A stretch of DNA of 32,000 nucleotides, taken from the NCBI RefSeq assembly GCF_000092105.1, contig NC_014148.1:180001-212000 (forward strand), given 5' to 3'. The translations under genes and the position numbers were made by a program. This stretch comes from Planctopirus limnophila DSM 3776 (GTDB lineage Bacteria; Planctomycetota; Planctomycetia; Planctomycetales; Planctomycetaceae). Of this stretch, positions 25,231 through 32,000 are shown piece by piece. How positions within the stretch are numbered: position 1 is the stretch's first letter; the number at the start of each line of letters is the position of its first letter. The notes below the pieces were generated by a model, which did not search any database, had not been told where the DNA came from, and saw only the letters and a program-made list of their open reading frames with translations.

Positions 25231-26865
25231 TTACTTTTTCACGTCACAAGTCTCGCCATTGACGAAGAATGTTCGGCGGGCAATCTCCTGGCCTGCCGAG
25301 CGAATCACGATCTGATGGCGACCACTCTGGACATTTTCACAGAGCGGCCAGTTGAAGTTCGCACGGTTCATTTCACGAGTGGCCACCAGTTCCTGCACCC
25401 CTTCGATCTGCCCCTCTTCATTAAGGATCAGGCATTCGAGATACATATCTTCGTGGGGTGGCAGAAGCTGGCACTGGACGATCATGGTTTCGCCAATCTG
25501 ATAGTACTGCTTGCGGATCGCAAGCTGATCGGCCACCAGAAGAGTGCCGACGTCGATCGCAAAAAACTTATCCACTTCGCGAAACTTAGGTGCCGGAGAT
25601 AGAAACTTCTTGGCCACAGCCTGATCCATAGGCTCCAGAACCATCGGCCCCTCAGGACGACGAACGCCATAACGATCGACCTGATATTCCGTGGCAACCC
25701 CCATCAGTGCGAGGCAGGCACAGCAGGCTCCCCAAAGACCTGTCTGACGAACAACCCGGGCATAACCCGTTGCTGGAGATGTTTGGACTTGTGGTGATTG
25801 AATCGAAAACGCCTTGATGGCCGCAGTGGCATTTAGCGGAGCTATCCAGTTTCGCAGGTGGAATTTGCGCATGATCCAGCGGCCATGCGAGGCGAGCCAT
25901 CGTGCATCGTTATCGTTCATGAAGGCCAGATAACAGGCAAAGCAGACCGGCGGGAAGGAAAGCAGTCCCAGCGTGAAGAATGTGGCCGCATGGAAGATTA
26001 CGCCCAGCGTCAGGAAAATCATCCGCGGGACACCACGCCACGCCAGCACGATGAACATGATTTCCCAGATCACCGCAATGTAGCACATCACGACAATGAC
26101 AGCCGGATACATGCTGATGAAGGCACCGACCGGATGCTCATAATTGAGTTCGGTCAACATCCACCACTGGAGTTGATCACCAGAGAAAAATGTCGGCGTG
26201 TGAATTTTGGTAATGGCGGCACCAAAGTAGACCGTACCAATCATGATTTGGATGCAGCGTCTGGGCCAGGCGTAACCTTGAGGGAGATCTTCAATGGTCC
26301 GGCCCAGCCAGGGGTTCGCTGGTGCAGTGCGTTTGAGCCACGCATCGACAGAGAAAACATCACCACAACGGGAAAGCGTGAGTAGCAGCAGGATATGGGT
26401 TGCAATGACCGAATACTTGGTCAAGGTTGTGACGTAGTCGATATTGCAGAAATAGATGAACAGCAGATTGGCGACAATCAGCGACAGGCGGGTCTTCCAT
26501 CCCACCATGGCCGTCAGCAGGGCAAAGAGCATGATGGCAAAGAGCGCTGCAACCACACTCCCTGAAAAAACAGGAAAGAGTTCTCCAAATCCGAAGTTCA
26601 CACTGATCTGCGCAGGAGCACCATCCGTTGAGTAGATCTCGCGAACGTACTTCCATCGATCGAGCATGACGATGAAAACTGTGGCACAGATGACGATTCT
26701 CGTCAGTGCCACGCCAATTGGCGATTCTTTGGCAAAGAAGAACTCATTCAACTGCTCCTTCTGTTGCCGAAGAAGTTCACTGATCGAACGTGTGCTGTTA
26801 ACGATCGCACTGTCATGGGAAAGCTGGGACATTATGGACACCTCGATCCGGGTGTGGTCGATCAA
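25231..26865 (-). CDS. HTTM-domain (vitamin-K-dependent gamma-carboxylase-like) integral membrane protein with C-terminal extra domain
   Basis: 544-aa ORF; an alternative ATG lies at 26832. Residues ~45-330 are polytopic with an HTTM-like pattern (ESPIGVALTRIVICATVFIVMLDRW....EIYSTDG; later W-rich helices). The last ~200 aa are a non-membrane, beta-rich-looking domain. Confidence 0.65.
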   Translation of the reverse strand: MIDHTRIEVSIMSQLSHDSAIVNSTRSISELLRQQKEQLNEFFFAKESPIGVALTRIVICATVFIVMLDRWKYVREIYSTDGAPAQISVNFGFGELFPVFSGSVVAALFAIMLFALLTAMVGWKTRLSLIVANLLFIYFCNIDYVTTLTKYSVIATHILLLLTLSRCGDVFSVDAWLKRTAPANPWLGRTIEDLPQGYAWPRRCIQIMIGTVYFGAAITKIHTPTFFSGDQLQWWMLTELNYEHPVGAFISMYPAVIVVMCYIAVIWEIMFIVLAWRGVPRMIFLTLGVIFHAATFFTLGLLSFPPVCFACYLAFMNDNDARWLASHGRWIMRKFHLRNWIAPLNATAAIKAFSIQSPQVQTSPATGYARVVRQTGLWGACCACLALMGVATEYQVDRYGVRRPEGPMVLEPMDQAVAKKFLSPAPKFREVDKFFAIDVGTLLVADQLAIRKQYYQIGETMIVQCQLLPPHEDMYLECLILNEEGQIEGVQELVATREMNRANFNWPLCENVQSGRHQIVIRSAGQEIARRTFFVNGETCDVKK

Positions 26866-27003
26866 ATTTCTGTGATCAAAAACCGTGAGTAGTTAACAGA
26901 ACGGTCCATCAGGAAAGGCAGGGAGAGAAGGAACTGATTGCGAGTTGTTGTCATCGTGCACAGATCGCAGTCATCACGGGCAAATACCGCCCTACCAGCA
27001 CGT

Positions 27004-27669
27004 TTATTCGCTCGTGGAATATCCCGTCCGCTGAATGCCGGAATCGGATGTCCCCTGCGAATAAGAAAAGGCTGATTGCCTGAGTTCGGGATTCACCGCA
27101 TAGAACGGCTTGCCACGTCTTGAATCAGCCTGCAGTCTGGGATTGGCATGCACTGTCTGAGCATACAACCACGAAGGATAATTGGGTTGATCAACAATGA
27201 CCGTTGAATCCGGATTCACGATCATGCGGCGGGTGTGATAGCTGAACTTTTCTTTGGGTTCTTCAAAGCGAGAGGCCCAGAGATAATCGGGAATGTTGTA
27301 TTTTTTAGGCCAGGCCTCTTCGATGATATGCACACATTGAATGGGCTCGTGCTGGGTATGCTTGAGAACATTCATGGCAATCGGGCCAAAGGCATTGCCC
27401 ACTGAGTCATAAGTTGCCCGGGTCGGGCTGCCAAAAAGCTGGACATCGCCCCAGGGGCCATGAGTCACGTCGTAATAGGTACCGCTTTCTCCTTCAGCGA
27501 TGAAGTGGTACCGATATTCATGTGCTGACCAGCCGCAGAACATATCCCACACGAAATAGTACATCAGCGGGCTGGAAACATTCCCGACGCCAAAGGTGTG
27601 GGCGAGAACGCCCAGCGAGAGCATCGAGAAGTAGACGGACATGAAACCGATTGCCAGTCGCTTGGCCAT
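27004..27669 (-). CDS. hypothetical single-pass membrane protein (putative partner of the HTTM protein)
   Basis: ORF 27004..27774 (-). I prefer the ATG at 27669 for three reasons. GGAAGGAA lies 6 nt upstream. The product starts MAKRLAIGFMSVYFSMLSLGVLAHTF, a signal-anchor. Hand-counted GC3 jumps from 16/35 in the upstream extension to 38/47 after 27669. No family recognised. Confidence 0.55.
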   Translation of the reverse strand: MAKRLAIGFMSVYFSMLSLGVLAHTFGVGNVSSPLMYYFVWDMFCGWSAHEYRYHFIAEGESGTYYDVTHGPWGDVQLFGSPTRATYDSVGNAFGPIAMNVLKHTQHEPIQCVHIIEEAWPKKYNIPDYLWASRFEEPKEKFSYHTRRMIVNPDSTVIVDQPNYPSWLYAQTVHANPRLQADSRRGKPFYAVNPELRQSAFSYSQGTSDSGIQRTGYSTSE

Positions 27670-28075
27670 CGCGGGTTCCTTCCCTGCGAACGGAAATTGA
27701 TCGAGCCGATCTCTGCCTGAACTCCTCAGGCCCATAACAGGTTTTGAAAGTTCTTCGCTCGAAAGATCAGCCATTTACTCTTCGTGCCAGCTCAGACTGC
27801 TCCATGACACGGAGTCCCAGTGAGATGGCCCGAGCCGATTTTTCGCATGAGGTGGAAAAACGGTCAAGACGGGGTCTTGGCCCTTCGGTCCATAAAACCT
27901 GGTTAATGGCATAATTTCGCAGAAATGAGAACTCAACGAACCCATTCTCACAGTTCAGCTTGTGAAAACTCGTACTCAAAGTGCTGACCAGCACCACTCG
28001 CAGATTGCGAGAGAGATCAAGAAACCCTTGTATTGCGTATCCCAGAAATCAATAGTGAGTGCAGGGTCAGTCGAG

Positions 28076-28105
28076 CATGATTGCTCCAAGCCGCAAGCAT
28101 GGCAC
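28076..28105 (+). repeat. family-B palindromic element, copy B3
   Basis: catgattgc-tccaagcc-gcaagcatg-gcac, with 8/9 stem pairs. The loop differs from B2's by one base. It lies 55 nt beyond the stop codon of the GspF-like gene. Confidence 0.65.
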
Positions 28106-28160
28106 ACAGAGCGCTGTTAAATCCGGGAATCCGTGTAAGAGCTCAACTTCATCACAAAAG

Positions 28161-29369
28161 TTAAACCACTCCAGAACTCTGGAAGATGGGGAGCATAAGG
28201 GCGATCAACAGGAAGAGAATCGCACCAGCCATGACCACGAGCATCAGAGGTTCCAGCAGCCGAACGACCAGATCCAGTTGGCGGTTCGTGGCTTTTTCCA
28301 TCTTGTCTGCGACGCCGATTAACACATTCTCCAGATTGTTGGCTTCTTCGCCGACGGCAATCATTTCCAGCACATCCGTGGGAAACTGCTTCGAAGCGGC
28401 CAGTGGCTGAGCCAGTGTTTTCCCACTGGAGACATTCTCAGCCGCCTTGGCGATGGCATCACTCAGCACTCGATTTCCAGTAGCGTCTTTGGCAATGTTC
28501 AACGCCTGAAGCAGGGGGACACCATTGTGGAGCAATGTTCCCAGGACACGGCAAAAGCGGGAAATCCCTAAACTGCGGGTGACATACCCAATGCCGGGAG
28601 CTCTCAGCTTCACTTTATCGAGCAGGATCTGTCCTTCGGGTGTGGCCAGACCATACTGCACACCGGCAATGGCGGCACCAATCGCCAGCAGGACAGCCCA
28701 CCACCATCTCTGCAGGATGTTACTGATCGCCAGGAGAACTGTGGTTGCCCAAGGCAAAGAGCCTGTCTGCTTCATCGAATCGAACATGGGCTCAAAGCCG
28801 GGAACGAAGAAGACAATCATCCCGACGACCACAATTGTTCCCAGCACCATGAGAACCAGCGGATAAGACATCGCAGCGACGACTTTGGATTTCAATTCTT
28901 CCTGATGCTCGGTGAAAACCGCCACTCGCGAAAGCGAATCTTCCAGAAAGCCCCCTTCTTCACCAGCATGCACAATGCTGACAGTGAGCTTATTGAAGGC
29001 GTTCGGGTGCTCTTTCATCGAGTCGGCTAAACGACCACCGTCGGCGACCCGACTGCGCACATCTTCGAGAACGCGCTTGAGTGCCTGATTTTTCGTTTGC
29101 CGCTCCAGCAGTTCGATCGATCTCAGGAGTGGAACACCCGCTCGAAGCAGGTCACTCATCTGCGAGAACAACGTCGCCAGCATGCGGGGAGGAACCCGGC
29201 GAGAAGCCAACCGCTGCTCGACCTGAGTCGATTGCACGGGAGCAATCTTGACTGTGAACAGGCTCTTGGCTGCCAGAGACTGAAGTGCTTCGCGTTCGCT
29301 CTGTGCTGAGAGCGTTCCCACGATCTGCCGACCGGAAAGTTCGCGGGCCACATACTGAAACTCAGGCAT
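28161..29369 (-). CDS. type II secretion / type IV pilus platform protein (GspF/PilC family)
   Basis: 402-aa ORF with the typical N-terminus MPEFQYVARE.SG..V.G.L.A.SE.EAL..L. It has two T2SSF-like halves, each ending in hydrophobic spans, and LLEPLMLVVMAGAI near the C-terminus. No cognate ATPase or pilin gene is adjacent. Confidence 0.85.
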   Translation of the reverse strand: MPEFQYVARELSGRQIVGTLSAQSEREALQSLAAKSLFTVKIAPVQSTQVEQRLASRRVPPRMLATLFSQMSDLLRAGVPLLRSIELLERQTKNQALKRVLEDVRSRVADGGRLADSMKEHPNAFNKLTVSIVHAGEEGGFLEDSLSRVAVFTEHQEELKSKVVAAMSYPLVLMVLGTIVVVGMIVFFVPGFEPMFDSMKQTGSLPWATTVLLAISNILQRWWWAVLLAIGAAIAGVQYGLATPEGQILLDKVKLRAPGIGYVTRSLGISRFCRVLGTLLHNGVPLLQALNIAKDATGNRVLSDAIAKAAENVSSGKTLAQPLAASKQFPTDVLEMIAVGEEANNLENVLIGVADKMEKATNRQLDLVVRLLEPLMLVVMAGAILFLLIALMLPIFQSSGVV

Positions 29370-29586
29370 CGTTCAACTCGTCCGTCTCAATCACTCAAGT
29401 CTGATAGGGGTAACGATTTTGAAGCCATCGATTTTTGGTTCATCACCAATTGAATCGAACAACCACGCTCAGCGACGATCCCACATGTTTGTCGAGTTTT
29501 CTGGCCTGCACAGATGTCGTAGCCTCAAGAGCTTAACCCTTCAGGATTCAAACTGGCTCTGAAAAACTGTGGAATTCAGCTGCTTT

Positions 29587-30339
29587 TCAGACAGATTGCT
29601 CCATTTCAGCGATCTTCTCGGGAATCTCGCCGAGATTGTTCACACAAGGGTATCGATCAAAATCAACCAGTCCATGCGGGAACAATGGCACATTTGTGCA
29701 TGATGCCAGAAACTCCCGGGCGAGTCGATCCTGTGGCTGCCAGAGCTTTCGCTCGAATGAACTCCAGTGAACCAGGAGTCCCTGCATCCCCAGTTCACTG
29801 GCAGGAAGCATGTCGTTATCGACTCGATCACCAATCATGAGAGATTCGCCCGGATGACAACCAGCTTCATTTAATGCCCACTCAAAGATCTGGCGATCAG
29901 GCTTGGAGCATCCCAGTTCATCACTGATACCAATCAGATCGAAATACTCCATCAATTCGCGCCGTTCGAGAGAGGGCCGGCAGGCTGTCGTCTGGTTCGC
30001 AATGATTCCCAGCCTGTACTGAGCACGCAATTCCTGCAACATCTCGAAGGCATGCGGGTTGAGCAGATGAAATTCGTCGTAGCGATTTCTCAGCTCGTTC
30101 GAAACATACTGACTCCAGGTCGAGTAGCGCTCAGGAGTGAGGCGGGACTTTGCGAGACGTGAGATGATCCATTGCTGGCCACGCTTCGCTTCGGCTTCAC
30201 GGGCCGACATTAACTCGCTGAATGTCTGCTGAGGATTGGTTTCCCGCAAGGCCTCAAACAATGACAAATAGCCAAAAAAAGCCTGCTGATCGTCATTGAA
30301 AAGGACATTTCCAATGTCGAAGAAAATCCATTTCAGCAT
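29587..30339 (-). CDS. HAD-superfamily hydrolase, subfamily IA (YihX-like DxGN variant)
   Basis: 250-aa ORF. Motif I is IFFDIGNVL (as in E. coli YihX, FDLGNV). Motif IV is MIGDRVDNDM. The start lies 6 nt after the lpxK stop. Confidence 0.75.
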   Translation of the reverse strand: MLKWIFFDIGNVLFNDDQQAFFGYLSLFEALRETNPQQTFSELMSAREAEAKRGQQWIISRLAKSRLTPERYSTWSQYVSNELRNRYDEFHLLNPHAFEMLQELRAQYRLGIIANQTTACRPSLERRELMEYFDLIGISDELGCSKPDRQIFEWALNEAGCHPGESLMIGDRVDNDMLPASELGMQGLLVHWSSFERKLWQPQDRLAREFLASCTNVPLFPHGLVDFDRYPCVNNLGEIPEKIAEMEQSV

Positions 30340-30345
30340 GTTCGA

Positions 30346-31473
30346 TCAATCCACCAGCGATCGATTGAGAGACTCATAACGATCTTTGAGATATTGCCGT
30401 AATCGTTCGTCACCTTCCCGGAAGTGTGGCGCAATCTCGACGGCCCAGAACTCCACACCATGGCTCGAAGCTTGTGGAATTTTCACAAGGTCTTTCATGG
30501 TTGTCAGCAGCCACCGGGCCCCATGGGCATTGGCGAGCAGTCCCAGTTCATCGAGATCTGGTGGAGTATAGTGATGGTGGTCATCAAAAATCTGAAGTGT
30601 GCCCTTCATTTGCGCACTGGCTGCAGGCAACCAATGCTTGAGCAACTGCACAAAGCCTGTCGGATTGCCGATGCCGCAGAATGGCAGATAAGCCACCGAT
30701 TCCAAATCCGAAAGCGATCTCGTCTCGCCTTGGATATTGATCAATCGCGAGGGGCGAAATTCGACCTCCAGAATGCGATCCTCGGGCACAAACTTCAGAA
30801 GCTTTTCCCGCAGGCTGCTCAATTGTTGTTGACTCACCATCTCGCTGCGAGTGACCAGAAACCAGTCGGCACGCATCAATTGAGAAAGTGGTTCACGCAA
30901 CATCCCTCGCGGCAACAGATAGCCGTATCCAAACGGGTGAGTGGCGTCGATGACGACCAGTTCGACATCACGGGCCAGTTGACGATGCTGCATGCCATCA
31001 TCGACTACAATGGCGGGCCTCTTCAGAGTTTGAGCCGGAAGAAGCGAGGCCAACCATTCGGCGGCAATTCTCGCCCGCTGCCGATTCTGCAGGTGAGGGA
31101 CACCGGGGCAGATCCGGTCAAGCACAGCTTTTTCGTCATTCGATCCTGCTTGGGTGGCTCCGTAACCTCGACTCAAAATCGCGATTTGCGCCTGGTTGTC
31201 GGGTTTTTCACTCAGCAGAAGTTCATGCAGGGCCTGCACCACCCAGCCCACGAGAGGCGTTTTTCCCGTTCCTCCCGTCGTAATGTTCCCCACACTCACC
31301 ACAAAGGCCGGTAATCGCCGGCTCCGCAGCCAGCCCGTCTGATAAGCCACATTGCGGCACAGCACGACAAACCCATAACCGAGGCTCAGAACCCACAAGC
31401 AGCTACGCAGCAACCTCGCTCGCAAAGAGCGATCTGCTCCCGATTGCACACCATGGATCCACGACAGATTCAT
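30346..31473 (-). CDS. lpxK: tetraacyldisaccharide 4'-kinase (LpxK)
   Basis: 375-aa ORF with an N-terminal hydrophobic helix, the P-loop block VVSVGNITTGGTGKTPLV, ILSRGYG and DDGMQH. Confidence 0.85.
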   Translation of the reverse strand: MNLSWIHGVQSGADRSLRARLLRSCLWVLSLGYGFVVLCRNVAYQTGWLRSRRLPAFVVSVGNITTGGTGKTPLVGWVVQALHELLLSEKPDNQAQIAILSRGYGATQAGSNDEKAVLDRICPGVPHLQNRQRARIAAEWLASLLPAQTLKRPAIVVDDGMQHRQLARDVELVVIDATHPFGYGYLLPRGMLREPLSQLMRADWFLVTRSEMVSQQQLSSLREKLLKFVPEDRILEVEFRPSRLINIQGETRSLSDLESVAYLPFCGIGNPTGFVQLLKHWLPAASAQMKGTLQIFDDHHHYTPPDLDELGLLANAHGARWLLTTMKDLVKIPQASSHGVEFWAVEIAPHFREGDERLRQYLKDRYESLNRSLVD

Positions 31474-31665
31474 GCTCCCTCAATCATTCCTCAGGCCTCC
31501 GGCCAATAGTCTCTTCAACCTCATCGAGAATCCGCAGCAGAAATTGATGCTTCAATGCCGGTCGTCAACAAGCGGCACAACTCCAGGTGGAGTGTACCAC
31601 ATGGCAAAGCCATAAATCTGTCGATGAACTGAGATCCATTCAGCGAGACAGACAGTTTTTTGAAC

Positions 31666-32000
31666 TTATCGCCAGTAGGTGCGATCCAACGCGCGGTAGT
31701 TAATGGCTTCGGAAAGATGATGAGCTTCGATTTGTGCAGTCCCTTCCAGATCGGCAATGGTCCGGCTGATGCGCAGCAGTTTATCGTGGGCTCTGGCCGA
31801 GAGGCCCATCGATTCCATGGCATGTTGCAGTAGTTGCTCGGCATCTTTTTTGAGCTTGCAGAACTTCCTGAGCTGTTGAGGTGCGAGCCGGGCATTCAGG
31901 GGCTGCCCCCCTTGTTTTGCCCTTTCCTGCTGAATTTCTCTGGCAGAAATGACCTGCGAGCGCATCTGGTCGCTGGATGTTCCGGGCTGAGCATCCGAAA
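31666..32000 (-). CDS. YifB/ComM-family Mg-chelatase-like ATPase, C-terminal part (gene continues beyond the window)
   Basis: The frame is open from 32000 down to the stop at 31666. The C-terminal block LSARAHDKLLRISRTIADLEGTAQIEAHHLSEAINYRALDR is typical of ComM/YifB. The ATG at 31965 in the ORF track is internal. Confidence 0.8.
   Translation of the reverse strand, partial: SDAQPGTSSDQMRSQVISAREIQQERAKQGGQPLNARLAPQQLRKFCKLKKDAEQLLQHAMESMGLSARAHDKLLRISRTIADLEGTAQIEAHHLSEAINYRALDRTYWR

Noticed and set aside
27767-27997. A 76-aa minus-strand ORF whose stop overlaps (ATGGCTGA) the longest-ORF start at 27774. It looked like a translationally coupled small gene, or a possible precursor peptide for the HTTM module.
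   Set aside because: It has only a GTG start and no SD. Hand-counted GC3 is about 41/76, versus about 80% in the adjacent real CDS. The 35-codon extension it overlaps also has low GC3 (16/35), and a better start with a GGAAGGAA SD exists at 27669. I treat it as non-coding, though ribosome profiling could revive it.
28100-28114. TGGCAC-N5-GCGC with correct GG-N10-GC spacing on the plus strand (a sigma-54-like promoter).
   Set aside because: The TGGCAC belongs to the conserved tail of the family-B repeat (also seen at 11096..11101 and 1403..1408). The -12 region lacks TTGC. The plus direction leads only antisense into the GspF-like gene.
1622-31314. Long ORFs lying antisense to, or out of frame with, confidently assigned genes: 1622..2293, 1804..2229, 5402..6193, 6070..6735, 8191..8769, 11043..11495, 11387..11866, 13510..14187, 16368..17096, 22158..22739, 24643..25146, 25858..26385 and 30424..31314.
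   Set aside because: Each fully overlaps a CDS with clear family signatures. Their translations are low-complexity or Arg/Ser/Pro-rich, as expected of shadow frames in GC3-rich genes. None shows recognisable motifs.
31521-31895. A 124-aa minus-strand ORF overlapping the ComM/YifB C-terminal coding region in another frame.
   Set aside because: The ComM frame has unmistakable family motifs. This ORF is a shadow frame that extends into the 192-nt gap upstream of lpxK.
1-32000. A search for CRISPR arrays, tRNA/rRNA/tmRNA/RNase P signatures, IS elements, integrases and toxin-antitoxin pairs.
   Set aside because: I found no regularly spaced repeat array and no GGTTCGAATCC-type T-loop with acceptor pairing in any gap. 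I also found no transposase- or integrase-like translation and no small adjacent ORF pair with TA-like features. Absence is by eye only; tRNAscan-SE, Infernal and ISfinder searches would be decisive.

Overview
This 32-kb chromosomal window carries about 25 protein-coding genes on both strands. I found no rRNA, tRNA, CRISPR array, transposase or integrase. The gene content suggests a Planctomycetota/PVC-type genome, but that is inference only. It rests on a histone H1/Hc-like KAP-repeat protein, a sigma-54 activator, an FGE-fold lipoprotein with a Pro-rich tail, an HTTM membrane protein, a solitary GspF-type gene, weak Shine-Dalgarno signals and high third-position GC. Most genes are housekeeping: moaC, a HisA/HisF paralogue, class-I DAHP synthase, an aspartate-type aminotransferase, an Fsr-like MFS transporter, a HemN-like radical SAM enzyme, cstA, a polyprenyl-diphosphate synthase, lpxK, a HAD phosphatase and a partial ComM/YifB gene. 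No textbook defence or mobile system is visible. Seven things deserve a second look. (1) Two families of short palindromic REP/MITE-like elements stack at 8.95-11.1 kb and bracket a single gene. Extra family-B copies lie downstream of the GspF-like gene and, apparently in-frame, inside the HisA/HisF-like CDS. (2) The bracketed gene encodes a membrane-anchored HEAT-repeat protein fused to a DMP19/DUF4375-like domain and has lower GC3. (3) An HTTM (vitamin-K-carboxylase-like) membrane protein with an extra C-terminal domain follows an uncharacterised membrane partner. (4) A co-directional trio encodes a HemN-like radical SAM enzyme, a chorismate-lyase-fold protein and an ATP-grasp protein. (5) An NRAMP-fold transporter lacks the canonical metal-site motifs and is paired with an FGE-fold lipoprotein. 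(6) arsD, a STAS gene and a ligase-associated exonuclease gene all sit without their usual partners. (7) Several short direct or tandem repeats lie in promoter regions. All homology calls are by-eye motif recognition from the translations. No database search was run.
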